This document shows positions 52,561-62,110 of a stretch of DNA of 64,000 nucleotides, piece by piece. This stretch comes from Pseudorhodobacter sp. Its GTDB lineage: Bacteria; Pseudomonadota; Alphaproteobacteria; Rhodobacterales; Rhodobacteraceae. Within the stretch, counting starts at the first letter, position 1. Every line of letters starts with the position of its first letter. The stretch covers positions 111,693 through 175,692 of the forward strand of contig NZ_JAUCDA010000013.1 in the NCBI RefSeq assembly GCF_034675685.1, in the 5' to 3' direction. The notes below the pieces were generated by a model. That model ran no database searches, was not told the DNA's origin, and was given only the letters and a program-made list of their open reading frames with translations. Made by a program: the position numbers and the translations under genes.

Positions 52561-53357
52561 GCCTGCTGGCCGCCAATGCCCTGACCGTCCGCCTTGGCGG
52601 GGCGGATATTCTGGCCGATGTCTCGCTGGTGATAGAGCCTGCCGAGATTGTCACCATCGTCGGCCCCAACGGGTCAGGTAAATCCACCCTGCTGCGCGCG
52701 CTTTTGGGCATTCAGCCGTTGGCTGCAGGCCACGTCACGCGCCGCCCTGACCTGCGTATTGGCTATGTGCCGCAACGCCTGCATATTGACCGGCCGATGC
52801 CGATGACGGCGCGCCGCTTTTTGTCCCTGCCCAAACGCTGCACCGATCGCCAGGCTGCCCAGGTACTGGCCCGTTGCGGGGTTTCGGGGGTTGAGCAGCG
52901 CCAGCTTGCCGATCTTTCGGGCGGCCAGTTGCAACGCGTGCTTCTAGCCCGTGCATTGCTGAACCAACCCGAGATCCTGATTCTTGATGAACCCACTCAG
53001 GGCCTAGACCAACCCGGCGAGGCCGCCTTTTATCATCTGATCGAAGAGGTTCGCCGCGACACCGGTGCCGCCGTCTTGCTGGTCAGCCATGATTTGCATG
53101 TGGTGATGGCCGCCTCTGATCGGGTGATCTGCCTGAACGGTCATATCTGCTGCGAAGGCGCGCCTGCGGTGGTGCGCGATGCGCCCGAATACCGCGCCCT
53201 GTTCGGCTTTGGCACCCAGGGCGCGCTGGCCCTGTACCGCCATGATCACGATCACAACCACGGCCCCGGTTTAACCCACGCGCATGGCCCGGACTGCGGC
53301 CATGACCACAGCACGCAGAAAGCCCCCGACAGCCATGCCCCTTATCGCCATGATTGA
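52557..53357 (+). CDS. znuC: zinc ABC transporter ATP-binding protein
   Basis: Walker A GPNGSGKST, signature LSGGQLQRV, Walker B ILILDEP, His-rich C-terminal tail. Confidence 0.92.
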   Translation: MSLLAANALTVRLGGADILADVSLVIEPAEIVTIVGPNGSGKSTLLRALLGIQPLAAGHVTRRPDLRIGYVPQRLHIDRPMPMTARRFLSLPKRCTDRQAAQVLARCGVSGVEQRQLADLSGGQLQRVLLARALLNQPEILILDEPTQGLDQPGEAAFYHLIEEVRRDTGAAVLLVSHDLHVVMAASDRVICLNGHICCEGAPAVVRDAPEYRALFGFGTQGALALYRHDHDHNHGPGLTHAHGPDCGHDHSTQKAPDSHAPYRHD

Positions 53358-54141
53358 TGATTTTCTGGTGCGTGCTGCGCTTGCGGGTATTGGCGTGGCT
53401 GTGGCCACTGGCCCCTTGGGCGCTTTTGTTGTGTGGCGGCGCATGGCCTATTTCGGCGATGCGACCAGCCACGCGGCAATTCTGGGCGTGGCATTGGCGC
53501 TGGCGCTTTCGCTGCCGATCGGGGTTGGCACAATGCTGGTTGCGCTGACGATGGCGCTTACCGTCTCGGCGCTTGCGGCCCGTGGCTGGGCGGTTGATAC
53601 CACGCTGGGCGTGCTGGCCCATGCCGCCCTTGCCTTTGGCCTTGTTGCGATCAGCTTCCTTCCGGGGGTGCGCGCGGATTTGTCTGGCCTGCTGTTCGGT
53701 GATATTCTTACCGTCTCCAAAAGTGATCTTGCCTTTGTCTGGGCCGGTGCGGCCGTCATCGTGGCGATTTTGCTCTGGCGCTGGCAGGCGCTGCTTACCG
53801 CCACCCTCAGCGAAGACCTTGCCCAGGCGTCCGGCATCAACCCCAACCGCGAACGGCTTGCGCTGACCATCGCACTGGCCATCACTGTCGCTGTGGCGCT
53901 TAAAATCGTCGGAGCCCTTCTGATTTCGGCCATGCTGATCATCCCGGCCGCCGCTGCCCGCAGCCTTGCGCGCAGCCCGGAAGGCATGGCGCTGTTGGCG
54001 GTTGTCATCGGCGCCCTATCGGTATTGGCAGGGCTGCAACTGTCCTTGCAGTTTGATACCCCCGCCGGCCCCTCGATCATCGCGGTGGCGGCGATGATTT
54101 TCACCGCATCGGTGCTGATTGCGTCGCTAAGGGGGCGGTGA
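53350..54141 (+). CDS. znuB: zinc ABC transporter permease
   Basis: ATG 53350 overlaps the znuC stop. MIDDFLVRAALAGIGVAVATGPLGAFVVWRRMAYFGDA is typical of ZnuB. An alternative ATG lies at 53335. Confidence 0.9.
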   Translation: MIDDFLVRAALAGIGVAVATGPLGAFVVWRRMAYFGDATSHAAILGVALALALSLPIGVGTMLVALTMALTVSALAARGWAVDTTLGVLAHAALAFGLVAISFLPGVRADLSGLLFGDILTVSKSDLAFVWAGAAVIVAILLWRWQALLTATLSEDLAQASGINPNRERLALTIALAITVAVALKIVGALLISAMLIIPAAAARSLARSPEGMALLAVVIGALSVLAGLQLSLQFDTPAGPSIIAVAAMIFTASVLIASLRGR

Positions 54142-54352
54142 TTGTTGGGTTTGGGATCAGCTGCGCCCTTGCGCCGGCAGGATGGATTGAACGACCCTTG
54201 CCACTCTTGCATTGGGGGCAATTCCGCCAAGCGGTCTGATGGGGAAATTTCCGTTTCCTTGGCCCTTGCGCGCCTGGCCCGCCCCAATCCCCCTTTCCAC
54301 TTGCGGCCTGCCGCGTTAGGCAATGGGCATCGCATGAAAAGAGGAGTTTTCC

Positions 54353-54703
54353 ATGGCTGAAATCAAGCGCAATCACACCGGCCCGCGTATGAGCCAATCT
54401 GTCATCCATAACGGCGTTGTCTATCTGGCGGGTCAGGTGGGAACGGCGGATGCATCCGTCACGCAACAAACCAAGGATTGTCTGGACAATGTAGACCGTC
54501 TGCTGGCCGAGGCGGGCACCGATAAAACCCGTATTCTGACCACCCAGATCTGGATAGCCGATATGGCCGATTTCGCCGAAATGAACGCGGTTTGGGATGC
54601 CTGGGTGCCACAGGGCCACGCACCCGCGCGGGCCACCGGCGAATCAAAACTTGCCACCCCCGCCTACCGGGTTGAGGTTTTGGTGATCGCCGCACTTCCC
54701 TGA
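54353..54703 (+). CDS. RidA/YjgF family protein
   Basis: 116 aa with VVYLAGQVG... and ...PARATGE... family blocks. Confidence 0.8.
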   Translation: MAEIKRNHTGPRMSQSVIHNGVVYLAGQVGTADASVTQQTKDCLDNVDRLLAEAGTDKTRILTTQIWIADMADFAEMNAVWDAWVPQGHAPARATGESKLATPAYRVEVLVIAALP

Positions 54704-54713
54704 GCCAATCGTC

Positions 54714-54744
54714 GCTGTCAGGGGGTAAAGCCCCCCCTGACAGC
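54714..54744. terminator. hairpin between convergent RidA-family gene and pgi
   Basis: GCTGTCAGGGGG / CCCCCTGACAGC 12-bp arms. No strong T tract on either side. Confidence 0.55.
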
Positions 54745-54754
54745 TAAACACTGT

Positions 54755-56369
54755 TCAGGCGTTTGGTGCGGCGGTCAGATATTCCACCAGCATCCGGGTC
54801 GAGGCGTCTTTGTCATCGGCCGAGGCACGGCGTTCCAGGATCGGTTGCAAGGCCACAGCCAGTTCCTTGCCCAATTCAACGCCCCATTGATCAAAGGAAT
54901 TCAGGCCCAAAATCACGCCCTCAACAAACACCCGATGTTCATACAGCGCGATGATCTGCCCCAAGGCAAAGGGCGTCAACCTGGAGATTGCCAGCGTGGT
55001 CGAGGGGCGATTGCCGGGAAATACCCTATGGCGCGCCTGGCGGTCCAGCTCGGCGCCCGTCAATCCTTTTTTCGCCATTATTTCAGTGGCTTGCGCCAAT
55101 GTCCTGCCACGCATCAAGGCTTCTGACTGCGCAAGGCAATTGGCCACAAGCAGCAAATGCTGATGCGCCAATTCCGGCTCATGCCCTTGCCGCGTCACGA
55201 TAAACTCACAAGGAACAACGCGGGTGCCCTGGTGGATCAACTGATAGAAAGCGTGCTGGCCATTGGTGCCGGGTTCGCCCCAGACCACCGGCCCTGAATG
55301 TTCAACCAGATCTGCGCCATCCATTGAGACGCGCTTGCCGTTGCTCTCCATTTCCAGCTGTTGCAGATATGCGGGAAGGCGCGTCAGGCGTTGCTCATAC
55401 GGCAGCACGGCGCGGGTTGTATAGCCACAGATCTGGTTGTGCCAGATGCCCACCAGCGCCAGCAGAATCGGCAGGTTCTGCGAGGGCAAGGCATGGCGGA
55501 AATGCGCGTCCATATCCGCCCCCCCCCGCCAGAAAATCATCGAACCCGGCAGGCCCGATTGCCAGCATCAACGACAACCCGATCGGCCCCCAGACCGAAT
55601 AGCGCCCACCGACCCAATCGTCAAAACCAAAGACCCGCGCGGCATCAATGCCAAAGGCGGCGGTCTTGTCGGCAGCGGTCGAAACAGCGGCAAATTGCGC
55701 GGCGGGATTGGCCACTTTCTTGGCCATCCAGGCGCGCGCGGTTTCGGCATTGGTCATGGTTTCAATGGTGGTAAAGGTTTTGGAGGCGATGATCACCAGT
55801 GTCGTTTCCGGGTTCAGGCCGCGCAACGTGTCATGGATATGCGCACCATCCACATTGCTGACAAAATGGCAGCGCGGCCCATCGGCATAGGGGGCAAGCG
55901 CCAAATAGGCCATCGCCGGCCCCAGATCCGACCCACCAATCCCGATATTCACCACATCGGTATAGGCCCCACCCTGACCGCAAATCTTGCCGCGGCGCAG
56001 ATCATGGGCAAACTCGGCCATGCGCGCATAGGTGGCCCGCACTGGCGGCATGACAGCCTCGCCATCCACCTTTACCGCCGCGTTCAGATTGCGCAGCGCG
56101 GTATGCAACACCGCACGCCCTTCGGTTTCATTGATCTTTGCCCCCGAAAACATTGCCTCGCGCCTGGCCTCGACATCGGCTTGTTTTGCCAGGTCAAGAA
56201 GATGTGACAGGGCCTTGGCATCAAGAGTGGTTTTGGAAAAGTCGAATAGCATATCCCCATGACGAGCCGAGAATTCGGCCGCGCGGGCCGGGTTTTCCAA
56301 CAGGCCCGCGATGCTTTTCGTACCGACTTCAGACTGATGCGCGCGCAGCGCCTGCCACTGTTGTTTCAT
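54755..56369 (-). pseudogene. pgi: glucose-6-phosphate isomerase, one frameshift at a C9/G9 run
   Basis: ORF 55395-56369 is N-terminal (...[14 protein letters not shown]...). ORF 54755-55540 is C-terminal (...[10 protein letters not shown]...[11 protein letters not shown]...). Eight G instead of nine at 55519-55527 gives ...[17 protein letters not shown]..., the family-typical sequence. Confidence 0.93.
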
Positions 56370-56372
56370 AAG

Positions 56373-57047
56373 TCACTCTGCCCAATGGATTGTTGCATCT
56401 GCCAGCACGATACGCACCGGCGCTTGATCTTCAGGCAGATTTGCGGCCCGTTCAAGGGCGGCGCGCTTATCTGCCCCGGTGATCAGAATATGGGTATGCA
56501 GCGCCCCGCGCAATACAGGCGCTGTCAGGGTGATGCGTGGCTCGCCCGCGCCCTCGGCCCGCATCGGCAACACCGCTGGCGCCGCATCGGCCAATGCCTC
56601 GGCCAGCCGGTCTGCGCCCGGAAAAAGTGAGGCGGTGTGCATATCAGCCCCCATCCCCAGCAGCAAAACCGAAATCGGCAGATGCGGCGCAATTCCGTCC
56701 GACAGCCTCGCCAGCGCGTCCTCGGGCTGGGCCACCCCTTCGGCAAAAAGCGGAATCAACTGGGCCGCCGCCGCCTTGTTTTGCAACAGACGCTGGCGCA
56801 ACAATCGGGTGTTGGAGCGCGGGCTGTCTTCACCCACCCAACGCTCATCATTCAAAAACACCGCGACATTGCGCCAATCCAGATCGACCGCCGACAGCAG
56901 GTCAAACACCGGCCCCGGCGTGGTGCCGCCCGGCACCGACAGGCTTGCGCGGCCGGTTTGGCGCAGCACGCCCCCCAACTCACCGGCAAGGATATTTGCC
57001 AGCGACATCATCATCATCTCACGGTCTGCATATTCGATCAGGTTCAT
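56373..57047 (-). CDS. pgl: 6-phosphogluconolactonase
   Basis: 224 aa with the FLNDERWV motif, sandwiched between zwf and pgi. ATGA overlap with zwf. Confidence 0.88.
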   Translation of the reverse strand: MNLIEYADREMMMMSLANILAGELGGVLRQTGRASLSVPGGTTPGPVFDLLSAVDLDWRNVAVFLNDERWVGEDSPRSNTRLLRQRLLQNKAAAAQLIPLFAEGVAQPEDALARLSDGIAPHLPISVLLLGMGADMHTASLFPGADRLAEALADAAPAVLPMRAEGAGEPRITLTAPVLRGALHTHILITGADKRAALERAANLPEDQAPVRIVLADATIHWAE

Positions 57048-58498
57048 TCGCGTATCTCCCGCCAGCGACGCCCGTCGCGGTGCATCAGCATTAACGCATC
57101 TTCCGGCCCGGAAGATCCCGCATCATAGCCTTTTGGCTTGTCTTCGTGTTTTTCCCACGCTTGAATGATCGGATCGGTCCAGGCCCAGGCGGCCTCAACC
57201 TCATCGCCGCGCATGAACAAGGTCTGGTTGCCGCGGATCACATCCATGATCAACCGCTCATAAGCATCGGGAATATCGGCCCCCTCTGCGCCCAGCGCCT
57301 CGGCAAAGCTCATGTCCAGCGGCACTTGCGTCAGGCGCATGCCGCCAAGCCCCGGCTCCTTGATCATCACCATCAGGTTCATCCCCTCATTGGGCTGCAA
57401 CCTGATGACCAACACGTTTTCGCGCCAGCCTTCGTTATCATCAAAGATCGAATGTGGCGGCTCGCGAAAGGTAATCGCGATCTCGGACGCGCGCGCGCGC
57501 AGACGCTTGCCGGTGCGCAGATAAAACGGGGTGCCCTTCCAGCGCCAGTTAGAAATGTTCACCTTCAGCGCGATATAGCTTTCGGTTTTGCTGGACGGGT
57601 TTTCAGAATGTTCGACATAGCCGCCCTGCCCGCCTCCGGCCAGATATTGGCCGCGCACGATGTCATCGGGTTTTACCGCGTCAAGCGCCCGGATCACCTT
57701 CAGCTTTTCATCGCGCACCGCGTCCGGGTCGAAATGATAGGGCGGTTCCATCGCAATCAGGCACAAAAGCTGCATCATGTGGTTTTGCACCATATCGCGC
57801 ATCGCACCCGATTTGTCGTAATAGGCCCCGCGCCCATCGACCGAAACAGTCTCGGCCACTGTGATCTGCACATGGTCGATATATTCCGACTTCCACAGCG
57901 GTTCGAACAAGATATTTGCAAAGCGCACCGCCATCAGGTTTTGCACCGTTTCCTTGCCCAGGTAATGATCTATCCGGTAAATCTGCGCCTCGGAAAAGTG
58001 CAGGGCAAGCACGGCGTTCAATGCGCGGGCGCTTTCCAGATCACGGCCGAACGGCTTTTCAACCACGATCCGGCTGTCCGCATTGGCGATCTTGTAATCA
58101 TGCAACCGTTCTGCCAGATCGCCGAACAACGATGGCGCAACCGAGAAGTAAAACGCGCGCACCACATCGCTGCGCATGCGTTTTTTCAGCGCGTCCCAAC
58201 CACTTGTTCCCTTGGCATCAATCGCCACATAGCCAAGCCGGGCGATAAAGGCCTCTATCACCTGCGGGTCACATTTATCTTTTGCGACAAATTCTGCGAT
58301 TGCAGCGCGCGCCATGTCCTGAAACCCGGCATCATCCATTTCAGAGCGTGCAGCACCAATGATTGTGCTGTCTTGCGGAATCTGGCCCGCCCAAAAACGC
58401 CGGTACAGCCCCGGAATGATTTTGCGTTGTGCCAGATCGCCGGTGCCACCAAACACCACAAGATCAAATGTTTCCACCGGAATGACGCGCGAGACCAT
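57044..58498 (-). CDS. zwf: glucose-6-phosphate 1-dehydrogenase
   Basis: 484 aa with the NADP site FGGTGDLAQRK and the active-site block RIDHYLGKE. Confidence 0.95.
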   Translation of the reverse strand: MVSRVIPVETFDLVVFGGTGDLAQRKIIPGLYRRFWAGQIPQDSTIIGAARSEMDDAGFQDMARAAIAEFVAKDKCDPQVIEAFIARLGYVAIDAKGTSGWDALKKRMRSDVVRAFYFSVAPSLFGDLAERLHDYKIANADSRIVVEKPFGRDLESARALNAVLALHFSEAQIYRIDHYLGKETVQNLMAVRFANILFEPLWKSEYIDHVQITVAETVSVDGRGAYYDKSGAMRDMVQNHMMQLLCLIAMEPPYHFDPDAVRDEKLKVIRALDAVKPDDIVRGQYLAGGGQGGYVEHSENPSSKTESYIALKVNISNWRWKGTPFYLRTGKRLRARASEIAITFREPPHSIFDDNEGWRENVLVIRLQPNEGMNLMVMIKEPGLGGMRLTQVPLDMSFAEALGAEGADIPDAYERLIMDVIRGNQTLFMRGDEVEAAWAWTDPIIQAWEKHEDKPKGYDAGSSGPEDALMLMHRDGRRWREIRE

Positions 58499-58525
58499 GA
58501 GCTTCCTCTCTGGGTATCCAAAAAC

Positions 58526-58539
58526 CGTTAGCGCTAACG
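58526..58539. promoter_or_regulatory. 14-bp perfect palindrome CGTTAGCGCTAACG upstream of zwf (candidate operator)
   Basis: 28-41 nt upstream of the zwf ATG. The core GTTAGCGCTAAC recurs upstream of edd at 63524-63535. Confidence 0.55.
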
Positions 58540-58887
58540 ATAGGGTCGTCTACACCGCAACCTGGCCCCTGTCTAGCACTCTGGGCGCGCAGAAAAAAGC
58601 AGCGAGTTGCAAGTCGGCGGTTTGCCGGGGGCAAAGAGAGCCAAAGCCATGCCATTGCCGGCCCCGCATGCGAGCTCGCGCCAAAGACGAGGGGCCGAGA
58701 GCTGTGAGGACGATAGGGTAAAACGCTATCGGCGTCTTTTCGCGCTTTGCGCGGCCTTGCCTGCCCGCATCAAGACCGCATGGTTTTAGCCAAGGTCAGG
58801 CAGCGCCCCCGGCGTAGGCGCGTACAGCCGGGGTATTGGCCATGACCGAACCGTTACAGGTTCGCCCCTTGGGCGGGGATATTGTCA

Positions 58888-61468
58888 CTACAGCCAGTTT
58901 CCCATCAACACAAAGGCAGACCAGAAGTAGGGGTGTGCAAAGCCCACCTTGCTGCTGGGCATGGGCGCATCAAGCGCGGCGGCCGCGCGGTTTGTCGCCA
59001 TGGCCACGGCATCGGCACTGTGCAGCATGGTGATCTGTGCCTGGCGCAGCGCCTCGGCCTTGTCCAACCCGTTCAGCATGATCCCCGCATAGAAGTCGTG
59101 CATCAGGCGCGGCGTGGCAGCATCCGATACCGGCCAGAGCGAGGCCATGACGGCGCTGGCACCGTTAAGCTGGGCGGTGGCGCCAAAGCCGTCAATCTCG
59201 GCCCCGTCCCCATCCGAGCCGCGCGCGGTTTGGCAGGCGGAAAGCGTCAGCAAATCAATCCCTTTGAAGCTGAGCGCGTCATTGCTGCGGATTTTGGATA
59301 GCGGCAAATGCGCGCCATCCCCCAACAGCAAAAAGCTGTCATCCTCGGCGCCGGGGACCAGGCTGAAATGACTGGCAATATGCAAGATCGCGGGGCGCTT
59401 AAGCAAAGAGCGGCGCAGGCTGCGTTCATCAAACCCTGCATCCAGCGCGGTGGTGCCGGCCAGCACCCCCTGCCCTTCGGCGGCGCCAAAGATGGTATCC
59501 AGCTCTTGTTTCACACCCGGCAATGGCGAGAATCCGGGGTGGCCCTCGGTCACGCCAAAGCCTGCGGTTTTACTTTCGGCACGGTCGGGCGTTTGGAAAT
59601 CGGTCTTGACCGCTGGCGCATAAAGCGAAAAGGCGAAACGCTCGACCAAATAGCTTTCCCCATCATAAAGCGCGGCAAAGGGCAGATACCGCAAGAAACC
59701 GTCGAGGTTGAGCATGACCACCTCGGTGCCGCTGTCGATCAGTTTTTGCTGAATGGGTGCAAACAGCACGGCATGCAGCGCTTGCAGTTTCTCTTGGGCA
59801 TCCGGGGCCTGGGTTTCGATCGCTTGCAGCGCGTCAAAGGCCAGCTTGGCCATATCCGCGCGGGAGATATCGACCTTTTCATAAAAGGTCAGGTTCGGCA
59901 GGGTCACAAACAGATGCACCGCATCGGGAAGGGTCGCGATTTGCAATATGGCACTGGGACGAGTTCAGCTTGGCCAGATCTGCCTGATAGCTGCCAGTTG
60001 CGTCAAATTGGTTTTTAAGGGCGGCGCGGTCGGGCTCTTCGGTCTGCAGCAAGAAATCGGCGACGGCGGCGTCAAAGGCATCCGCGCCCTTTTGCAAGGC
60101 GTCTTGCAGCAAAAACATCTGGTCTTCGTCGGCCTCGGTCGTGGTGCCTGCCTCCAGCTTGGCGGTCAGGGCGCGCAATTCGGCATCAGCGGCGATGGGC
60201 AGGGCGGCGAGGGCGGCCAGCTTTTCTTCCTCGGACAATTCGGCACTGTTCAGCACGGCGCGGGTTTTGGTAATATCCGCCTGCCCGTCGCGACGCAGAA
60301 AGTTATAGACCTCCTCCTCTTTTTCCATGTTCAGCACTGCTTGCGCCTCGGATATCCGCCCCTGAGTGATCAGCAGATCGGCAAGGTTTTGGTACAGCCT
60401 GCGCCATTCGGCCTGCAGCGCCGAGGTATCGGCCGGCGTGTCGCCTGCATTGCTGGCGCGGATGGCCTGCTGGGCGTTGACGGCAAGTTTGCCAAAGAAG
60501 ATCGCGCGTTCCGGTTGGCCGCGCATGGTAAAGGCCCGCGACAGCGATTTAAAGTTCCAGCGTTGAATGGCAAGGGTTTGTTGCTGATTTTGCGCGATAT
60601 AGGGCATCGCCTCAAACCCCCAGCGGATCGCCTCTTCCGACTTTCCCTCCTCAACCGAGACAAGGCCCATATTGATGCGCAGGATCGTCACGTTATAGGA
60701 CAGCGCGCCTTCAATCGGTTCCAGAATACGGATGGCCGATTTAAGCCATGTGCGCGCCTCGCTGAACCGCTTGGTCTGCACATAAAGCCAGCCGATATTA
60801 TTGGACAGATAGCCCACAGTGACGCTGCTCTCACCATCGGTTTCGATGAATGTCTCCAGGCTCCACTTGTAGACCTCCAGCGCCTCGTCATAGCGTTTCA
60901 GCCGTTCCAGCGCGGTTCCGGCATTCAGCAGCACATTGGCAGCGTTGCGGCGTTGCGGCGGGTCTTGGTTATTATACCAGTCATAGGCAACTTTCAGGGG
61001 GGGCAGCGCCTCTTCATAGCGCGACAGGTCTTGCAAGACGATCCCGCGGTCTTCCATCAGAAAGGCGATCATGCGGTTATATTCGTCAGAGGCATCAAAG
61101 GAACGGAACAGGCGCTCGGCCTCTTGATAATGCGCCAATGCCTCGCGGAAATTTGACAGCGCCTTTTCGGCATTGCCCATTTCACGCAGGGCATAGGCGG
61201 CAAGCCGCAGGTCCAACCCATCCGGGTTATCAGAGGCCGCGCTGTAGGATTTGGTAAAAAGGTCTAGGGCGGCGCGAAATGTGGCCTCGGATCGGTCAGC
61301 CGCGACAAGGGCGAACCCGAGGTTGAGCATGGCATAGGCATCGCCAGCCTGAGCATTTGCAACCAGCTCGGCATCCATCCCGGCATAGGGGTCTGATTGG
61401 GCAAGGGCTGCAAGCGGCAGGCACGCTATGGCAAGAACAGCAATCACTCTGCGGACAGGACCAAGCAT
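58888..61468 (-). pseudogene. secreted TPR-repeat / CHAT-domain protein, one frameshift between the two modules
   Basis: ORF 59879-61468 has a signal peptide MLGPVRRVIAVLAIACLPLAALAQS, TPR-like repeats and an acidic coiled-coil linker. ORF 58888-59946 is a CHAT domain with His (ILHIASHF) and Cys (LTLSACQTA) of the caspase-like dyad. The frames meet between 59946 and 59965 (...ADLAKLNSS.|.AILQIATLPDAVHLF...). Confidence 0.8.
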
Positions 61469-61570
61469 GACAACGCTCCATCATTGGGGTTGCCTTGATG
61501 TTAGTCTGTGGATTTTCACATCGCAACAAAGCTGTCGTTCAGGACAGGATTTGTCATCTTTCGCCCGCAG

Positions 61571-62110
61571 CTACGGCAGGGCGCGGGCCAGGCGGGTAAG
61601 TTTGGCACGTTTAAGCAGGGGTTTCAGGGCTTTTTCATCGCCTGACAGCCTGCTGGCTGTGGCGCGGACCCGGTCCAGCGCTTGCTCTACCTGTTCGGGG
61701 TGATGCGACCACAGCTCCCACAACAGCCCGTCAGGGTCGCGGCGATCAAGACCTTCGGCCAGCAACGTGCCGCGTGGAAAGTCTTTGGCATTCAGCGTCA
61801 CGATGGCATCAGCATGGCCCGCAATGGCGGTGGCCAGAACATGAATGTCGTTGTCATCGGGCAAATGCAGGCGCATTTCCAACCCCGGCTGCGGTTTGAC
61901 GCAGGCGTTGGGAAAGTGGATTTGGGCGCGGGCGATGGCCGCCAGCGCCTCGGCCTCGGCCTCTTGGCCAAAACGGGCGGCGGCGCGCTGCCATTCGCCA
62001 AGGATACGATCCGACCACAGCGGGGTAAAAAGCCCCTGCCCCGCCACAGCCAGCAGCACTTCGCGCATCACCGTGGGGAACAAGACGCAGGCATCAAGCG
62101 TCAGCTTCAC
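61571..62110 (-). CDS. PIN-domain protein
   Basis: 179 aa with acidic PIN residues in LTLDACVL, PDDNDIHVLATA and TLNAKDF. The GTG start overlaps the methyltransferase stop (GTGA 62107-62110). Confidence 0.8.
   Translation of the reverse strand: MKLTLDACVLFPTVMREVLLAVAGQGLFTPLWSDRILGEWQRAAARFGQEAEAEALAAIARAQIHFPNACVKPQPGLEMRLHLPDDNDIHVLATAIAGHADAIVTLNAKDFPRGTLLAEGLDRRDPDGLLWELWSHHPEQVEQALDRVRATASRLSGDEKALKPLLKRAKLTRLARALP

Noticed and set aside
58888-61468. TPR-CHAT protein as a Csx29/Craspase-like type III-E CRISPR effector protease
   Set aside because: There is no CRISPR array, no gRAMP/Cas7-11 and no other cas gene in the window. The protein also has a clear N-terminal secretion signal, which is incompatible with a cytoplasmic Cas-bound protease.
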